From a virus (taxonomy: Duplodnaviria > Heunggongvirae > Uroviricota > Caudoviricetes), in IMG/VR virus record IMGVR_UViG_2700989507_000006: a stretch of 64,000 nt of DNA. One strand, written 5' to 3'. The first letter of the stretch is position 1. Each line of letters begins with the position of its first letter. The notes below the pieces were generated by a model. The model ran no database searches. It saw nothing but the letters and a program-made list of their open reading frames with translations, and was not told where the DNA came from. The position numbers were made by a program, and so were the translations under genes. Below are positions 1-9,725 of this stretch, one piece after another.

Positions 1-72
1 AAAGTCAATGAAACTGCGCCGTAAGCGCCTCGGCTAAAGGAGGAGGCCGGAGAACTCCGGCCTTTAACTTGA

Positions 73-654
73 ATGGCACCTATACCTTATGGGGTTTACA
101 GCCAGGCTGACGGTGTATCGCCATTTCTGAAAGTTACTTTAACGAACTCTCAGTACCAGGTTACCGGATATATCAGCCAGGGGGCGGCAATGAACATGGC
201 CCAGAATTGGGAAGCACCTTTTACTGGTATGTCCATGGGTTCTGTTGCTGGTGCCTTCAGTGGTTTTGCGCAGGTTGGTACTGAAACAACGTCTGTTGCT
301 CGTTGGAACAGCTTAATGGTTTGGGAAGGGGGAACACCGCCGACTTTCACGCTGCCAGTAACTTTCATCGCTTTGTTTGACCCATTCACGGAGGTTTCAG
401 GAGCTATCGCCGCATTGTCAGCGATGATTAGCCCGGAACTCAAAGATGCCAGTATTGGTGGTCGAATCCCGGAGCGTGTGACGCTAAACATTGGTCGCCG
501 GATCAACATCATTGATGTCGCTATCCAGGACATAAGTTTCGATCTCGATGCGCCCAGGGACAGCAATGGGCATTTCCTGAAAAACACCGTCAACCTCCAG
601 TTGACCGGTTCTTCGATATATAACAGCTCCGATATTGTTCGGGCGTTCCAGTAA
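73..654 (+). CDS. putative virion (tail/baseplate) structural protein
   Basis: 193-aa ORF with balanced composition, immediately followed by a second structural-looking ORF and a terminator; the overlapping antisense ORF 150..881 looks like junk. No family recognised. Confidence 0.45.
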   Translation: MAPIPYGVYSQADGVSPFLKVTLTNSQYQVTGYISQGAAMNMAQNWEAPFTGMSMGSVAGAFSGFAQVGTETTSVARWNSLMVWEGGTPPTFTLPVTFIALFDPFTEVSGAIAALSAMISPELKDASIGGRIPERVTLNIGRRINIIDVAIQDISFDLDAPRDSNGHFLKNTVNLQLTGSSIYNSSDIVRAFQ

Positions 655-665
655 AAGGATTTTAT

Positions 666-1175
666 ATGGGGCACAATAACACTAAGGGAAACCGTAAATT
701 TATTAAGGGCCGCTATACTGCCAACGCGGCCAAAGGCGAACGACTGGTATCTTCTGAATTCCAGCTCACTTTTGCAGGCCATGAAGATATCAGCGTACTG
801 GTTCGCACGTCGCAAATTCCTGAAATGACCCGCGAGGATGTGGAGGACTATGGTCCGAATGGTGTGAAGTTCAACCAGCACGGACCAATTCGAAACTCTG
901 GGGAAATCCAGGTCCAGTGCGTGGAGACTATCGAAGGCGATATTCTTCAGTTCATCAAGGATCGCATTGCGGCGAAGGACTATGTTGATATCACGATGGC
1001 TGCTACCCCTGAATCCAAATCTTCCGGGGTTAACGCTGTGACAAAAGCTGCTACAACAATTGAAATGTTGGACTGCAAAATCTACAGTGATGCAATCGAC
1101 TTTAGTACCGAAGATGTGACTGCCGCTGTGCGCCCGTCACTTCGTATCGTCTACAACTGGATTGAGTGGGATTAA
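666..1175 (+). CDS. putative virion structural protein
   Basis: 169-aa ORF 12 bp downstream of the previous gene, followed by a rho-independent terminator. Confidence 0.45.
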   Translation: MGHNNTKGNRKFIKGRYTANAAKGERLVSSEFQLTFAGHEDISVLVRTSQIPEMTREDVEDYGPNGVKFNQHGPIRNSGEIQVQCVETIEGDILQFIKDRIAAKDYVDITMAATPESKSSGVNAVTKAATTIEMLDCKIYSDAIDFSTEDVTAAVRPSLRIVYNWIEWD

Positions 1176-1194
1176 GAGTCATCCCTTGTATTTT

Positions 1195-1218
1195 AAAGCT
1201 CCTTCGGGAGCTTTTTTT
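1195..1218 (+). terminator. rho-independent terminator
   Basis: aaagctccTTCGggagcttttttt: GC-containing hairpin followed by a T-run, directly after the stop of 666..1175. Confidence 0.6.
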
Positions 1219-1310
1219 ATAACTATTTTATATAAACATGCATCGATAACATTGTCTGGAGTTTTATGTTAGATTATTAATGTTCTAATAAACTACAATT
1301 ATTGAGGTAG

Positions 1311-1943
1311 ATGTTTGTGCCTGTACTGTTAAAGGGGGACTCTAAAATGGCTGTGATTCCAATGTCGTACTCCCCGGGTACTGTCGCTCGTCGATTTTCG
1401 ATCCTGGACGGAGTTACCATCCAAGGTGTGCTTTACCAGGTTATATGGGATTCCAAAACCCCATTTGCAGCTGTAATAGAGGCTGCGCCTTCTATTATCG
1501 ATGGTGATATGCGCCATAAGGTTGTAGCTACTCTTGAACTTCAACGTCGCCCGCAGCTTGAAGGCGTACTGGTAAGGAAGTTCTGGGAGGATAGCGATGT
1601 TGCCCAGATTGAAGGTATCGTGGTTGATGGAACCGTCCGGGATGTCGGTTTAGCTACTTTTGTTTACGAAACCGTAGCCTCAAAAGCTGGTGTTGTTTTG
1701 CTCAGTGATAATGAGCAATACGAAGGTGGAAAAGCTCTTTGGCAACACATCGCCCGTCGCTCTTCCGAGCTAAAAGTGTTTATCCTTGACACCGATGCCG
1801 CTCAGTATTACCCGTTTGACGGCGAACGTGTTTGCTATGACGGGGTAAGTATTCCTGAATCCGAGATATGGAGTGAACACCCAGATCGAAGTAAGCATGG
1901 GGTTGTTCTGGTCGCTGAATCCATAATTGGAAATGCGGCATAG
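1311..1943 (+). CDS. hypothetical protein (possible acetyltransferase-like fold)
   Basis: 210-aa ORF; alternative start at 1347 has a better RBS (aagggggac). AT-rich promoter-like region upstream. Function not recognised. Confidence 0.4.
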   Translation: MFVPVLLKGDSKMAVIPMSYSPGTVARRFSILDGVTIQGVLYQVIWDSKTPFAAVIEAAPSIIDGDMRHKVVATLELQRRPQLEGVLVRKFWEDSDVAQIEGIVVDGTVRDVGLATFVYETVASKAGVVLLSDNEQYEGGKALWQHIARRSSELKVFILDTDAAQYYPFDGERVCYDGVSIPESEIWSEHPDRSKHGVVLVAESIIGNAA

Positions 1944-2125
1944 CAGTAAAAAATTCCTTGCTCCTTAAAAGGGGAGAGGGTTAATCTACGTATGCTAAGC
2001 ATAGATATGGCCTCAGATTAATGTTAAGCGTCTTGCAGGACGCGTAATGTTATCTGGGGCTTTCTTCTATCTGCTTTTCGGGTAATGCCTGAAGCAGATA
2101 GCCTCAAGCACCCGCAACGATTGTA

Positions 2126-2371
2126 TCAATGTCTGGCTTTTTTTCTATAGAAATCACCTGGAAGGGTGAATATCCACATCAGAAGAAATGTTGCAGCAAA
2201 CATGATCCCTAATGGCCAGACCGCGCCAAAGAAAATCCATACTAAGATCTCCTCTGCTTGTTCTTTGCGGTCGATATCGACAAGCATTTTTCGGCTGATC
2301 ATGTATACACAGAAGCCAATACAAACATATCCTGCAAAAGCGATCGCTAACTGTAAAAAATCAGATTGCAT
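2126..2371 (-). CDS. small membrane protein (two predicted TM helices)
   Basis: ORF trimmed to the Met preceded by GAGG (start at 2371); two hydrophobic stretches; lies directly downstream of the repL-like gene. An operator-like half-site (2402-2418) sits in the upstream extension of the longer ORF. Confidence 0.4.
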   Translation of the reverse strand: MQSDFLQLAIAFAGYVCIGFCVYMISRKMLVDIDRKEQAEEILVWIFFGAVWPLGIMFAATFLLMWIFTLPGDFYRKKARH

Positions 2372-2421
2372 CTCCGACCTCAAACTGAAAACGCCAGGTG
2401 ACTCCAGATTAGAGCAATCTA

Positions 2422-3267
2422 TCACCCTCTGAATCCTGCCGGTATACCCCATTGTTCGTTATCTTTATTTTTGGCTAAAACCGCATTAAGAGCTTCGTTT
2501 ACCGTCATGCAATGCGGCAGATTATCGAAGTTTGATACCCCGCCAATATCAGGAGAACGCTTGTTCTTCAGGTAAGCATATTTCCGCGCTGCCGCCTCTA
2601 CTTTCTGCTTGAACTCATGTTTTTGAGCGCGTTTTTTGGATAACCGCAGATTGTCAGCCTTTGCTTTTGCCTCAGCGATCCATGAAGTCAATTTTTTGAG
2701 TCTGGTCGTTCCGGCACCGCCGGAAACTGATCTTTTTGTTTTTTTAACTTGTGACTTCTTATTCTTTATTGCCACGTCATCCTGACAGGGGGAGGGGGTA
2801 TCATTTTGACATGGGGGTGTGGATAAAAAATTAAATAAAGCCAATGTCTTAGCGAGAACAGCTTTAACCTTGGTTGCCGCTGAAGAGATCTTTAATTTGC
2901 TTTCAATCAGCGCATTTTTGGCTTGTTGTGCGAAGGCCAAAAAGGATAGTGTAAACCGGTACAGGTTAGCGCGACGTTCATGGTGATCGCCGATAACAAT
3001 CTCTACAGACAGAATTCCTTTGTTTACAGCTTCACGGAATGCACGAACGACGGTTGATTGGCTATAACCAGTTTCTGCCGCGATCAGGCGGTGAGGCTTG
3101 TGAATGAAGTATTCACTGGTTGTTGCCGCTAGATTTGCACATTGCGACAGGATATGCCCGGCGCTACGGGATAGACCGGAGTGTGTTACAAAGCAGGCCA
3201 ATTCATAGCCAGAAAAAGTAAAATCGCTCATCGTTATACAGCTCAGGAAAGTGACTTTAGCCAGCAT
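2422..3267 (-). CDS. repL: RepL-like lytic replication initiator (winged-helix N-terminus, basic C-terminus)
   Basis: 281 aa; position after the KilA-N gene as in the P1 kilA-repL operon; N-terminal HTH-like region and Lys/Arg-rich tail. Start codon uncertain (3267 or 3231). Confidence 0.5.
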   Translation of the reverse strand: MLAKVTFLSCITMSDFTFSGYELACFVTHSGLSRSAGHILSQCANLAATTSEYFIHKPHRLIAAETGYSQSTVVRAFREAVNKGILSVEIVIGDHHERRANLYRFTLSFLAFAQQAKNALIESKLKISSAATKVKAVLAKTLALFNFLSTPPCQNDTPSPCQDDVAIKNKKSQVKKTKRSVSGGAGTTRLKKLTSWIAEAKAKADNLRLSKKRAQKHEFKQKVEAAARKYAYLKNKRSPDIGGVSNFDNLPHCMTVNEALNAVLAKNKDNEQWGIPAGFRG

Positions 3268-3296
3268 TACAATGCTGGTGGTTCTTACTACGTCTG

Positions 3297-4097
3297 TTAG
3301 CGCGTTGCCGCGACAGGTACCAGCACACCAGCATCAAGCAATCGCTTCATCAGCCACTGCTGACCTTTGCCGGTTATACGAGTCGTGAAAGAAATCCTGC
3401 TTCCATTGCTTGTATCGATCACGGTTTCTTTAAGGGTGAAATACCCACGGGATATGTATTCTTGTTTGGGGACGTTCCTGCGTTCACCGGTTGCGATCAG
3501 AATTCCGTTATCACGCAACCAGGTGAAGAGATAGTTTTGGCCCAGGCCGAGCACTTTGGCATAGTTGCCGATTAGAACCCCGCTGGCGGTAGCAACGCGT
3601 TCGGCGAATTCGACTTTAGGTGCATCCATAAGCATTTTTTGCTCCAGCCGTTGCTTTTGCTCTGCCAGGTCGGCAGCCAAACGGAGAGCTTCAGGGAGAC
3701 TCTGCGGAATAGCAGGTTGTAATCTTCCGGCTCGATAGTCGATAAATGTCTGGTTTACCTTCAGCCGAAACGCGGGAGAAATCCAGCCTGCGTACTCCAC
3801 AGCGAGCAATTCATGGGCAAAAGTGCCGCCGCCACGGCCTTCGAACGAAACTATGCAATTCTGCATAGTTTCTTTTTCAAGCTCTTCGATGAGCTGTTTT
3901 GCTGACAGCGTTCTTAGCCATTGAGCTGGCGCTTTATGGGCACCGAGTCCGCTCGCTCTGTGTAGAGCATTAAGGTTGTAACGGCCAGCGCGGTCGGTCG
4001 TAATTTCAACACCACAAATAACGGGCAGAGTGGTTGAAGGATCGACATTTTGATGAAGGTTTGATATATTCATATCCGCATTGAATGTTTGTTGCAT
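3297..4097 (-). CDS. kilA: KilA (KilA-N domain plus antirepressor-type C-terminal domain)
   Basis: 266 aa; N-terminus matches the KilA-N domain pattern; C-terminal about 110 aa is paralogous to the C-terminus of the next gene; C1 operator immediately upstream. Confidence 0.65.
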   Translation of the reverse strand: MQQTFNADMNISNLHQNVDPSTTLPVICGVEITTDRAGRYNLNALHRASGLGAHKAPAQWLRTLSAKQLIEELEKETMQNCIVSFEGRGGGTFAHELLAVEYAGWISPAFRLKVNQTFIDYRAGRLQPAIPQSLPEALRLAADLAEQKQRLEQKMLMDAPKVEFAERVATASGVLIGNYAKVLGLGQNYLFTWLRDNGILIATGERRNVPKQEYISRGYFTLKETVIDTSNGSRISFTTRITGKGQQWLMKRLLDAGVLVPVAATR

Positions 4098-4166
4098 TTT
4101 TTCTCCAAATTTGCATCAACCTTCAATCACCAGCTCGAAATGGTGATTCTTTGCACTTAGAAAACG

Positions 4167-4183
4167 AAATTTATTAGAGCAAA
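4167..4183. promoter_or_regulatory. C1 repressor operator (16/17 match to AAATTTATTAGAGCAAT)
   Basis: aaatttattagagcaaa upstream of the kilA start; matches the position of the P1 kilA-repL operator. Confidence 0.6.
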
Positions 4184-4260
4184 TTTCTCTGACTCGATCC
4201 AGATCGGGTTGGACGATCTGCTCAGAAACCTGCCAGTTTGCTGGCAGGTTTTTTCTTTTG

Positions 4261-5670
4261 TTAACCTATTGCTACTGGTTTTAACAAACCAGCATCAAGT
4301 AGCTTGCGAGTTAACCACTGCTGGCCTTTACCCGTTAATTGGGGCGTCAGCCGTATCTGATAGCCATTTTCATCATCCAGCACCACTTCTTTCACCGTGA
4401 AATACCCGGCGTTGATGTACTGTTGGCGCGGTACGTTTTTGCGCGCACCAAAAGCCATGAGAATGCCGTTCTGGCGCAACCATGAGAAAAGGGCGTTTTG
4501 CTTAAGTCCAACGACCTTTGCAAAGTTCCCGATCAGGATTCCATTAGCCACTGATACCCGATCGGCAAAATCGACTTTAGGGGCTGCGGCCACCAGCTGC
4601 TGATTTAGCTGGTGGGTTTTCTGTTCCAGTAGCTGCTTTTGTTCAGCCAGCTCGGCAGCCAGGCGCAGAGCTTCGGGAAGCGTCTGGGGGATTGCGACCG
4701 GTTGCTGTTCTTTTTGCCGGAAGTAGCTGTCTTCCAGTTTTTCAAAGAATGCCCACGCTTGCTCTGTGTCTACGATCTTAGACATGCGTGCCGCTCCGCG
4801 TTCGGTCCAGAGTATTAAGGATCTGGTCTTGGGGGAAATTTGCAGCTCGCTAAAAGATAGTCGCAAACTTTTTATCTCATCTCCTTTGATTTTAAAGAAG
4901 TGTTTACCCTCTACAAATCGTTCTTCATTGCGATTGTAGTTCTGCTGAATACGAATAGGTGTAGTGCCATACCCTCTAGCAAGAGTCTCGGTTGTCACGA
5001 CGCGTACTCCCTGCCATTCCAGAACGGGAATTTCATCAGGCTGATTTTCAACATTTATAGGTTCCAATGACTGAATCATGGTATGTAGCGAACGGCGGAC
5101 CGCTTTTGACTCGCGCGCGGCGACTCGCAGGGCTTGTTTGTAGGTCATGGTTATGACAACCATAGGCGTACCACCACCTGGCGGCACGGTTGCACTTTTT
5201 GTGTAACCGTCCTCACCTTCTAATTCGTCGAGTATTTTTTCGATGAATTTGTTGTTCCGAACCTCTGGTTCCCCACATAACTTACGCGCTTCATTGACCA
5301 TCTTTAACAGTGTCTGGCTGTCGATTGTGTCTCCGGTGGTGGGGATGACATTCACGGCTGGTGCTGGCGTTGCTGAAGCAACAGGTGCTGGTTTTTTAAC
5401 ATTCAAATTATTACTGGTCATTCTATGTGCCTCCTTTCTCATTTCTGCTGCCACCGTTGCGTAACGTAGACGTCCTTGTTCAATCAAATAATCCCTGATC
5501 TCGGCTATCAGTAGCCTGTTGATCACAGCCTTATCTGTTCGGGTATAAAAACGTCTGGTTATCATGAAATAGTTGGCAATTGCGCCGGGGATCTCCCGTG
5601 TCGGCACACAGGCAGTATGCAGGGCGATCGCTTCGGCTATGTCATTACGGGTGACGAGAGGTTTTTTCAT
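4261..5670 (-). CDS. ant: antirepressor Ant (ORF6N-type N-terminal domain plus ANT/KilAC C-terminal domain)
   Basis: 469 aa; central region matches the ORF6N domain pattern; C-terminus matches the antirepressor C-terminal domain; start overlaps the stop of the icd-like ORF. Confidence 0.65.
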   Translation of the reverse strand: MKKPLVTRNDIAEAIALHTACVPTREIPGAIANYFMITRRFYTRTDKAVINRLLIAEIRDYLIEQGRLRYATVAAEMRKEAHRMTSNNLNVKKPAPVASATPAPAVNVIPTTGDTIDSQTLLKMVNEARKLCGEPEVRNNKFIEKILDELEGEDGYTKSATVPPGGGTPMVVITMTYKQALRVAARESKAVRRSLHTMIQSLEPINVENQPDEIPVLEWQGVRVVTTETLARGYGTTPIRIQQNYNRNEERFVEGKHFFKIKGDEIKSLRLSFSELQISPKTRSLILWTERGAARMSKIVDTEQAWAFFEKLEDSYFRQKEQQPVAIPQTLPEALRLAAELAEQKQLLEQKTHQLNQQLVAAAPKVDFADRVSVANGILIGNFAKVVGLKQNALFSWLRQNGILMAFGARKNVPRQQYINAGYFTVKEVVLDDENGYQIRLTPQLTGKGQQWLTRKLLDAGLLKPVAIG

Positions 5671-5888
5671 AAACCCCCCTGAACGTCGGCAGAGAAGGGG
5701 AGGTTCCAGTAACTAAGTGAATTGCGCGAGTTAGTTGAAAAACGGGCAGTAAAAATGCAGGGGCCATCAGGCAATTGAGAGCGTGCTTCGTCTTCTGTTG
5801 CTGCGATAACGAAGTGATAGTGGTGTTTTTTACAGGAATAGAAACGCCAGATGAATTCTTGGCGTGCGCAAGGATTGGCATTAACCAT
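5667..5888 (-). CDS. icd: Icd-like small protein, translationally coupled to ant
   Basis: 73-aa ORF whose stop overlaps the ant start codon; RBS GAGG upstream; position matches P1 icd downstream of c4. Confidence 0.45.
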   Translation of the reverse strand: MVNANPCARQEFIWRFYSCKKHHYHFVIAATEDEARSQLPDGPCIFTARFSTNSRNSLSYWNLPFSADVQGGL

Positions 5889-5927
5889 AGTTACGGCCTC
5901 ACAATCAGGTTTAACAACCTGCTACCC

Positions 5928-6106
5928 GCTGCTAAACAGGTGGCAGGACGTGACGGGGTTAGCAGACTGGCGATTGTGAAACCAGCAGGCCGAAGCCTCC
6001 CCATCACGCCCCACCATAATTTGGGCGTAACGCGGTTTTACGGACACAAAAATACCGCAATATAGGATATCTGCGGCTGTCCGCACAATCATTCAGGCTG
6101 CTAAAC
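5928..6106 (-). ncRNA. c4: c4-type antisense RNA and leader region (boundaries approximate)
   Basis: 10-bp direct repeats (gtttagcagc on the transcribed strand) at 5928-5937 and 6097-6106 flank a segment containing partially complementary elements; sits between a sigma70-like promoter and icd, as in the P1 immI leader. The about 77-nt RNA itself probably lies near 5945-6025. Confidence 0.35.
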
Positions 6107-6133
6107 CCGGTCGCAGAATTTGCTACGACGGCG

Positions 6134-6162
6134 GAACTATAAGCCTGAACGATTAAAAGGTC
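6134..6162 (-). promoter_or_regulatory. sigma70-like promoter (TTGACC-17-TATAGT) reading toward c4-icd-ant
   Basis: Hexamers with 17-bp spacing read on the minus strand. Confidence 0.4.
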
Positions 6163-6202
6163 AATATGATGCGAAAAGATAGCATTCGCGACTTAAAAAT
6201 AC

Positions 6203-6219
6203 AAATTTATTAGAGCATT
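6203..6219. promoter_or_regulatory. C1 repressor operator (15-16/17)
   Basis: aaatttattagagcatt, lying between the divergent immI leader and the downstream secreted-protein gene. Confidence 0.55.
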
Positions 6220-6315
6220 ATATGCTTAATAAATACACAATTGGATCTAATAACCTCTTTTTTTTAAAGGCGAAAATATGTACCCTAAATGAGTTATAAG
6301 GCAGGTGAGGTTATA

Positions 6316-6963
6316 ATGAGAAAACTATTACTACCGTTATTATTTATGGCTGGGACTGTTAATGCAGCATCAAGCGTAAAGGAGATTTGTACCGATTATA
6401 CGAAATACCTTGGGCACGTTTACGGCTTTGCTGTCAGTCAAGACGAATCCATGCGCAAGAAGTTACTGTCAGATATGAAACGCCTTAAACTTTCTGAAGC
6501 GATGGTGCAGCAAGAACTGTATAAAGTCGCAACCAACGAAAATGCTAAATATCAATATTCTCGCCTGTTAAATCCCGACGCAAACGAGATCAATCGAAGC
6601 TCTTTCGATTATATGGTAAAGGCATGCGAAACCGCTCCTGATTTTGCTATCCCTAGCTGGGGTGTGCTGGTGGCGAGCAATGCCGTTAATAAAGAAGACG
6701 TTGGAAGAAACGGCATTGATTCAATCAGAAACGCCCCGGGAATGCGCCATCAAAACGTGCAGGGTACGCTTGAAGAGCGGGCCAGGGGGCCGGGTACAAA
6801 CTCCCCAATGGGAAACCTCTCACCAGAGGAATTGCAAGAGTATAACCAACGGATGGAGCAGTATGAGAAAGCGGCACGCGAACAAATGGAACAACAAAAG
6901 AACGGCTCACTTAATACCTTCCAGCAAGGTTTAAAAGCGCTTAATTTACCCTATGAATGGTAA
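6316..6963 (+). CDS. secreted/periplasmic protein, possible superinfection-exclusion (Sim-like) protein
   Basis: Start chosen at MRKLLLPLLFMAGTVNAASS (signal peptide) with RBS ggtgagg; ORF track starts at 6289. Shares a peptide motif with Sit (see findings). Confidence 0.6.
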   Translation: MRKLLLPLLFMAGTVNAASSVKEICTDYTKYLGHVYGFAVSQDESMRKKLLSDMKRLKLSEAMVQQELYKVATNENAKYQYSRLLNPDANEINRSSFDYMVKACETAPDFAIPSWGVLVASNAVNKEDVGRNGIDSIRNAPGMRHQNVQGTLEERARGPGTNSPMGNLSPEELQEYNQRMEQYEKAAREQMEQQKNGSLNTFQQGLKALNLPYEW

Positions 6964-7024
6964 ATATATTATGGATAACCAATTAAAATATTGATAATCG
7001 TTAATATCCAAAGGAGATAAATTA

Positions 7025-7501
7025 ATGCGCATCAAACGATTTTTTCTAATTCTTGCTTTGCTTACTCCATTTTCATCAATGGCAAATGTAAGCAAATGGT
7101 CAACCGGCGAGACTCATGGTGTTCGTTCTTATGCTGTTTCCAGCAAAGATAATTATACGCTTACATTTGAGTGCGATGTTGGATTTAATAATACGGATCC
7201 CAATCAAGTAGGAACACGACTACTCACTCTCATGAAAACAGAACCTGGCGGTGAGTCATTTGATGCTAAAAAAGAACAAATAACGCTGAAAGTTGGTGAT
7301 GATGAATATCCTATCAGTTCTATCGGTTCCTCTGTGGGTGATAGTTACTGGTATGGTTTTTGGTCAGATACCCCTGATATGGAAGTTAAAACATTCGATG
7401 CATACGTAGACGGAAAAAAAATCGCAACATTTACGCTACGTAAGGCCGCAGAGCTTTTCAACGCGGCACCTGAAGATGGCTGCCTGAAGCGCGCAAAATG
7501 A
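7025..7501 (+). CDS. secreted protein of unknown function
   Basis: 158 aa with N-terminal signal peptide MRIKRFFLILALLTPFSSMA; RBS aaggagat upstream. Confidence 0.55.
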   Translation: MRIKRFFLILALLTPFSSMANVSKWSTGETHGVRSYAVSSKDNYTLTFECDVGFNNTDPNQVGTRLLTLMKTEPGGESFDAKKEQITLKVGDDEYPISSIGSSVGDSYWYGFWSDTPDMEVKTFDAYVDGKKIATFTLRKAAELFNAAPEDGCLKRAK

Positions 7502-7535
7502 CCTGTCACAAATGACTACTCGTAGAATCGGTTAA

Positions 7536-8126
<591 letters not shown>

Positions 8127-8136
8127 GGGGGCTGAT

Positions 8137-8748
8137 ATGGGGCTTAATGTTGCTTCAGTAAAGTCTTATGTATCTTCGGCATTAACGACGACATTATTTG
8201 GCTCCGGCGTTGGTGAGCGGGAAGTTGGTAAGCTGACGTCAATCATCATGAACAAAATGCTGTTCGCGCAAGGATGGCAGTTCTCTGTCGAAGTTGATGG
8301 TCTGGAGGGGGCAGACTTCTTTGCTAAAGACATTACCTACCACGATTACAGCATCGAATATGAAACGATTAAAATCGGCGGAGGGAATATCCTTCAGCCA
8401 ACGGAGCGTTCGCCTGGGCAGATAACAATGATGGTCAGGGATACCGTTGATGGCCTCGTTTTGGACTGGTTTAAGACGGCAAAAGGTCGGGTGATCAATC
8501 CGGACGGTACCGGGAATATACCGTCTAAATATTTGCTCAATGTGCGTATTTATCGGTTGCTGTCCTCCGGTTTAACCAAACTGGAAAATGAGATGACGGT
8601 ATTCCCGGTCACTACCGGCGATGTCACCTATGCGCGAGATCAGGTTACGGAATTTAAGTCATTCCCAATGACCTTCGCATTGCACAGCACGTTTAACCAA
8701 TCCTCAAGTTCTTTAGCTTCCCTTCTGGGCTTTAGTTTTTCTCTTTGA
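8137..8748 (+). CDS. putative tail structural protein
   Basis: 203-aa ORF, RBS gagggggc upstream, 10 bp after the previous gene. Confidence 0.45.
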   Translation: MGLNVASVKSYVSSALTTTLFGSGVGEREVGKLTSIIMNKMLFAQGWQFSVEVDGLEGADFFAKDITYHDYSIEYETIKIGGGNILQPTERSPGQITMMVRDTVDGLVLDWFKTAKGRVINPDGTGNIPSKYLLNVRIYRLLSSGLTKLENEMTVFPVTTGDVTYARDQVTEFKSFPMTFALHSTFNQSSSSLASLLGFSFSL

Positions 8749-8762
8749 ATTAAGGAGCAAGG

Positions 8763-9644
8763 ATGCTTTTACCTCTTTTCCCGCTACCATCGCGGCCAAC
8801 TGAATTGATCCAGTTCCGTCAGCCAAATATTGCTGATGCGATGCGTTTCAACTCGATAACACCGGAGGAACAAGAACAACAGACAACGGCGTATTTAAAA
8901 GCCTTGCTGGCTGAACCCGCGAAATATGATCCCCTGACATGGACGGCGCAGGACCGGATTACCGCGTTATGGTGGATATTTACTGGCTCCCGTGAAACAC
9001 CGGTCGAGACATTCACCTACACCTGTAAACATTGTGGTAAAGAGCATTATTACGATTGCGATATGAATGCTCTGGCTGAAGATATCCAGGTCCTGGAAGT
9101 GGAACCGTTCATTGACGATATTGAGGTGTCTGTAGAGGGCGTGCCTTATCAATGGCGTATCGTGCCGCTTGATGGTTGGGCAATGGAAATGCTGGAGATG
9201 CGCCGTGCAGCATTGCCACCTGAAGACGACGCGGAATTCAAAGAAGCGATCGTTGATTTGCGTTTTTGGGAATTCGCTTATCAGTGTGAACTTTATAACG
9301 ATGTTAGCGGTACTCGTGAAGAGCAGGCTGAGCGTCGTTATGAAACGATCAAACGGATGGCCATTGATACTGAATTTATGAAGCTGGCGGCACACATCCG
9401 GCTGGCTCATGAAAAGCTCGAACATGGTTTACCGTGCTACATCGATAAAGGCGAAATGCGTCTTCGTCTCCCGCCGCACAAATGCCCAAACCAGGATACA
9501 AAGGAGTCCACAGAGGGTGCGTATACCCGTCTGTGGGTGCCCTTTCGGGCTACCGACTTCATTCCACAGGTGGGGATTGAAAAGCTATCAGACCTTAGTG
9601 TCCAACCTGGTTTTGTATGGGGGTATACCGATTCAGGACGCTGA
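8763..9644 (+). CDS. putative tail assembly protein (Cys-containing)
   Basis: 293-aa ORF immediately upstream of sit; contains a CKHCGKEHYYDC motif. Confidence 0.5.
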   Translation: MLLPLFPLPSRPTELIQFRQPNIADAMRFNSITPEEQEQQTTAYLKALLAEPAKYDPLTWTAQDRITALWWIFTGSRETPVETFTYTCKHCGKEHYYDCDMNALAEDIQVLEVEPFIDDIEVSVEGVPYQWRIVPLDGWAMEMLEMRRAALPPEDDAEFKEAIVDLRFWEFAYQCELYNDVSGTREEQAERRYETIKRMAIDTEFMKLAAHIRLAHEKLEHGLPCYIDKGEMRLRLPPHKCPNQDTKESTEGAYTRLWVPFRATDFIPQVGIEKLSDLSVQPGFVWGYTDSGR

Positions 9645-9725
9645 AAGGCTCACTGAATCCTATGCGTTTTTCCTGTTGGAGAAACTGGAAGAAAAACTTA
9701 AACCGAAGCGGTAGGCGATAAGATC

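Noticed and set aside
150-881. 243-aa minus-strand ORF overlapping two + strand structural genes
   Set aside because: Composition and low-complexity runs are typical of an antisense frame; the + strand ORFs are in operon context with a terminator.
5711-5745. aactaagtga ... agttagtt inverted motif upstream of the ant/icd region as a possible Lpa-dependent late promoter element
   Set aside because: I could not recall the P1 late-promoter consensus with enough certainty and found no consistent copies upstream of other late operons in this window.
9409-9714. Possible +1 recoding extension of the gene upstream of sit (C-terminal ...YGGIPIQDAERLTESYAFFLLEKLEEKLKPKR in the overlapping frame)
   Set aside because: Only the last about 35 codons of the overlapping frame look protein-like, no convincing slippery site was seen, and tail-chaperone frameshifts are usually -1. 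Kept as a note only.
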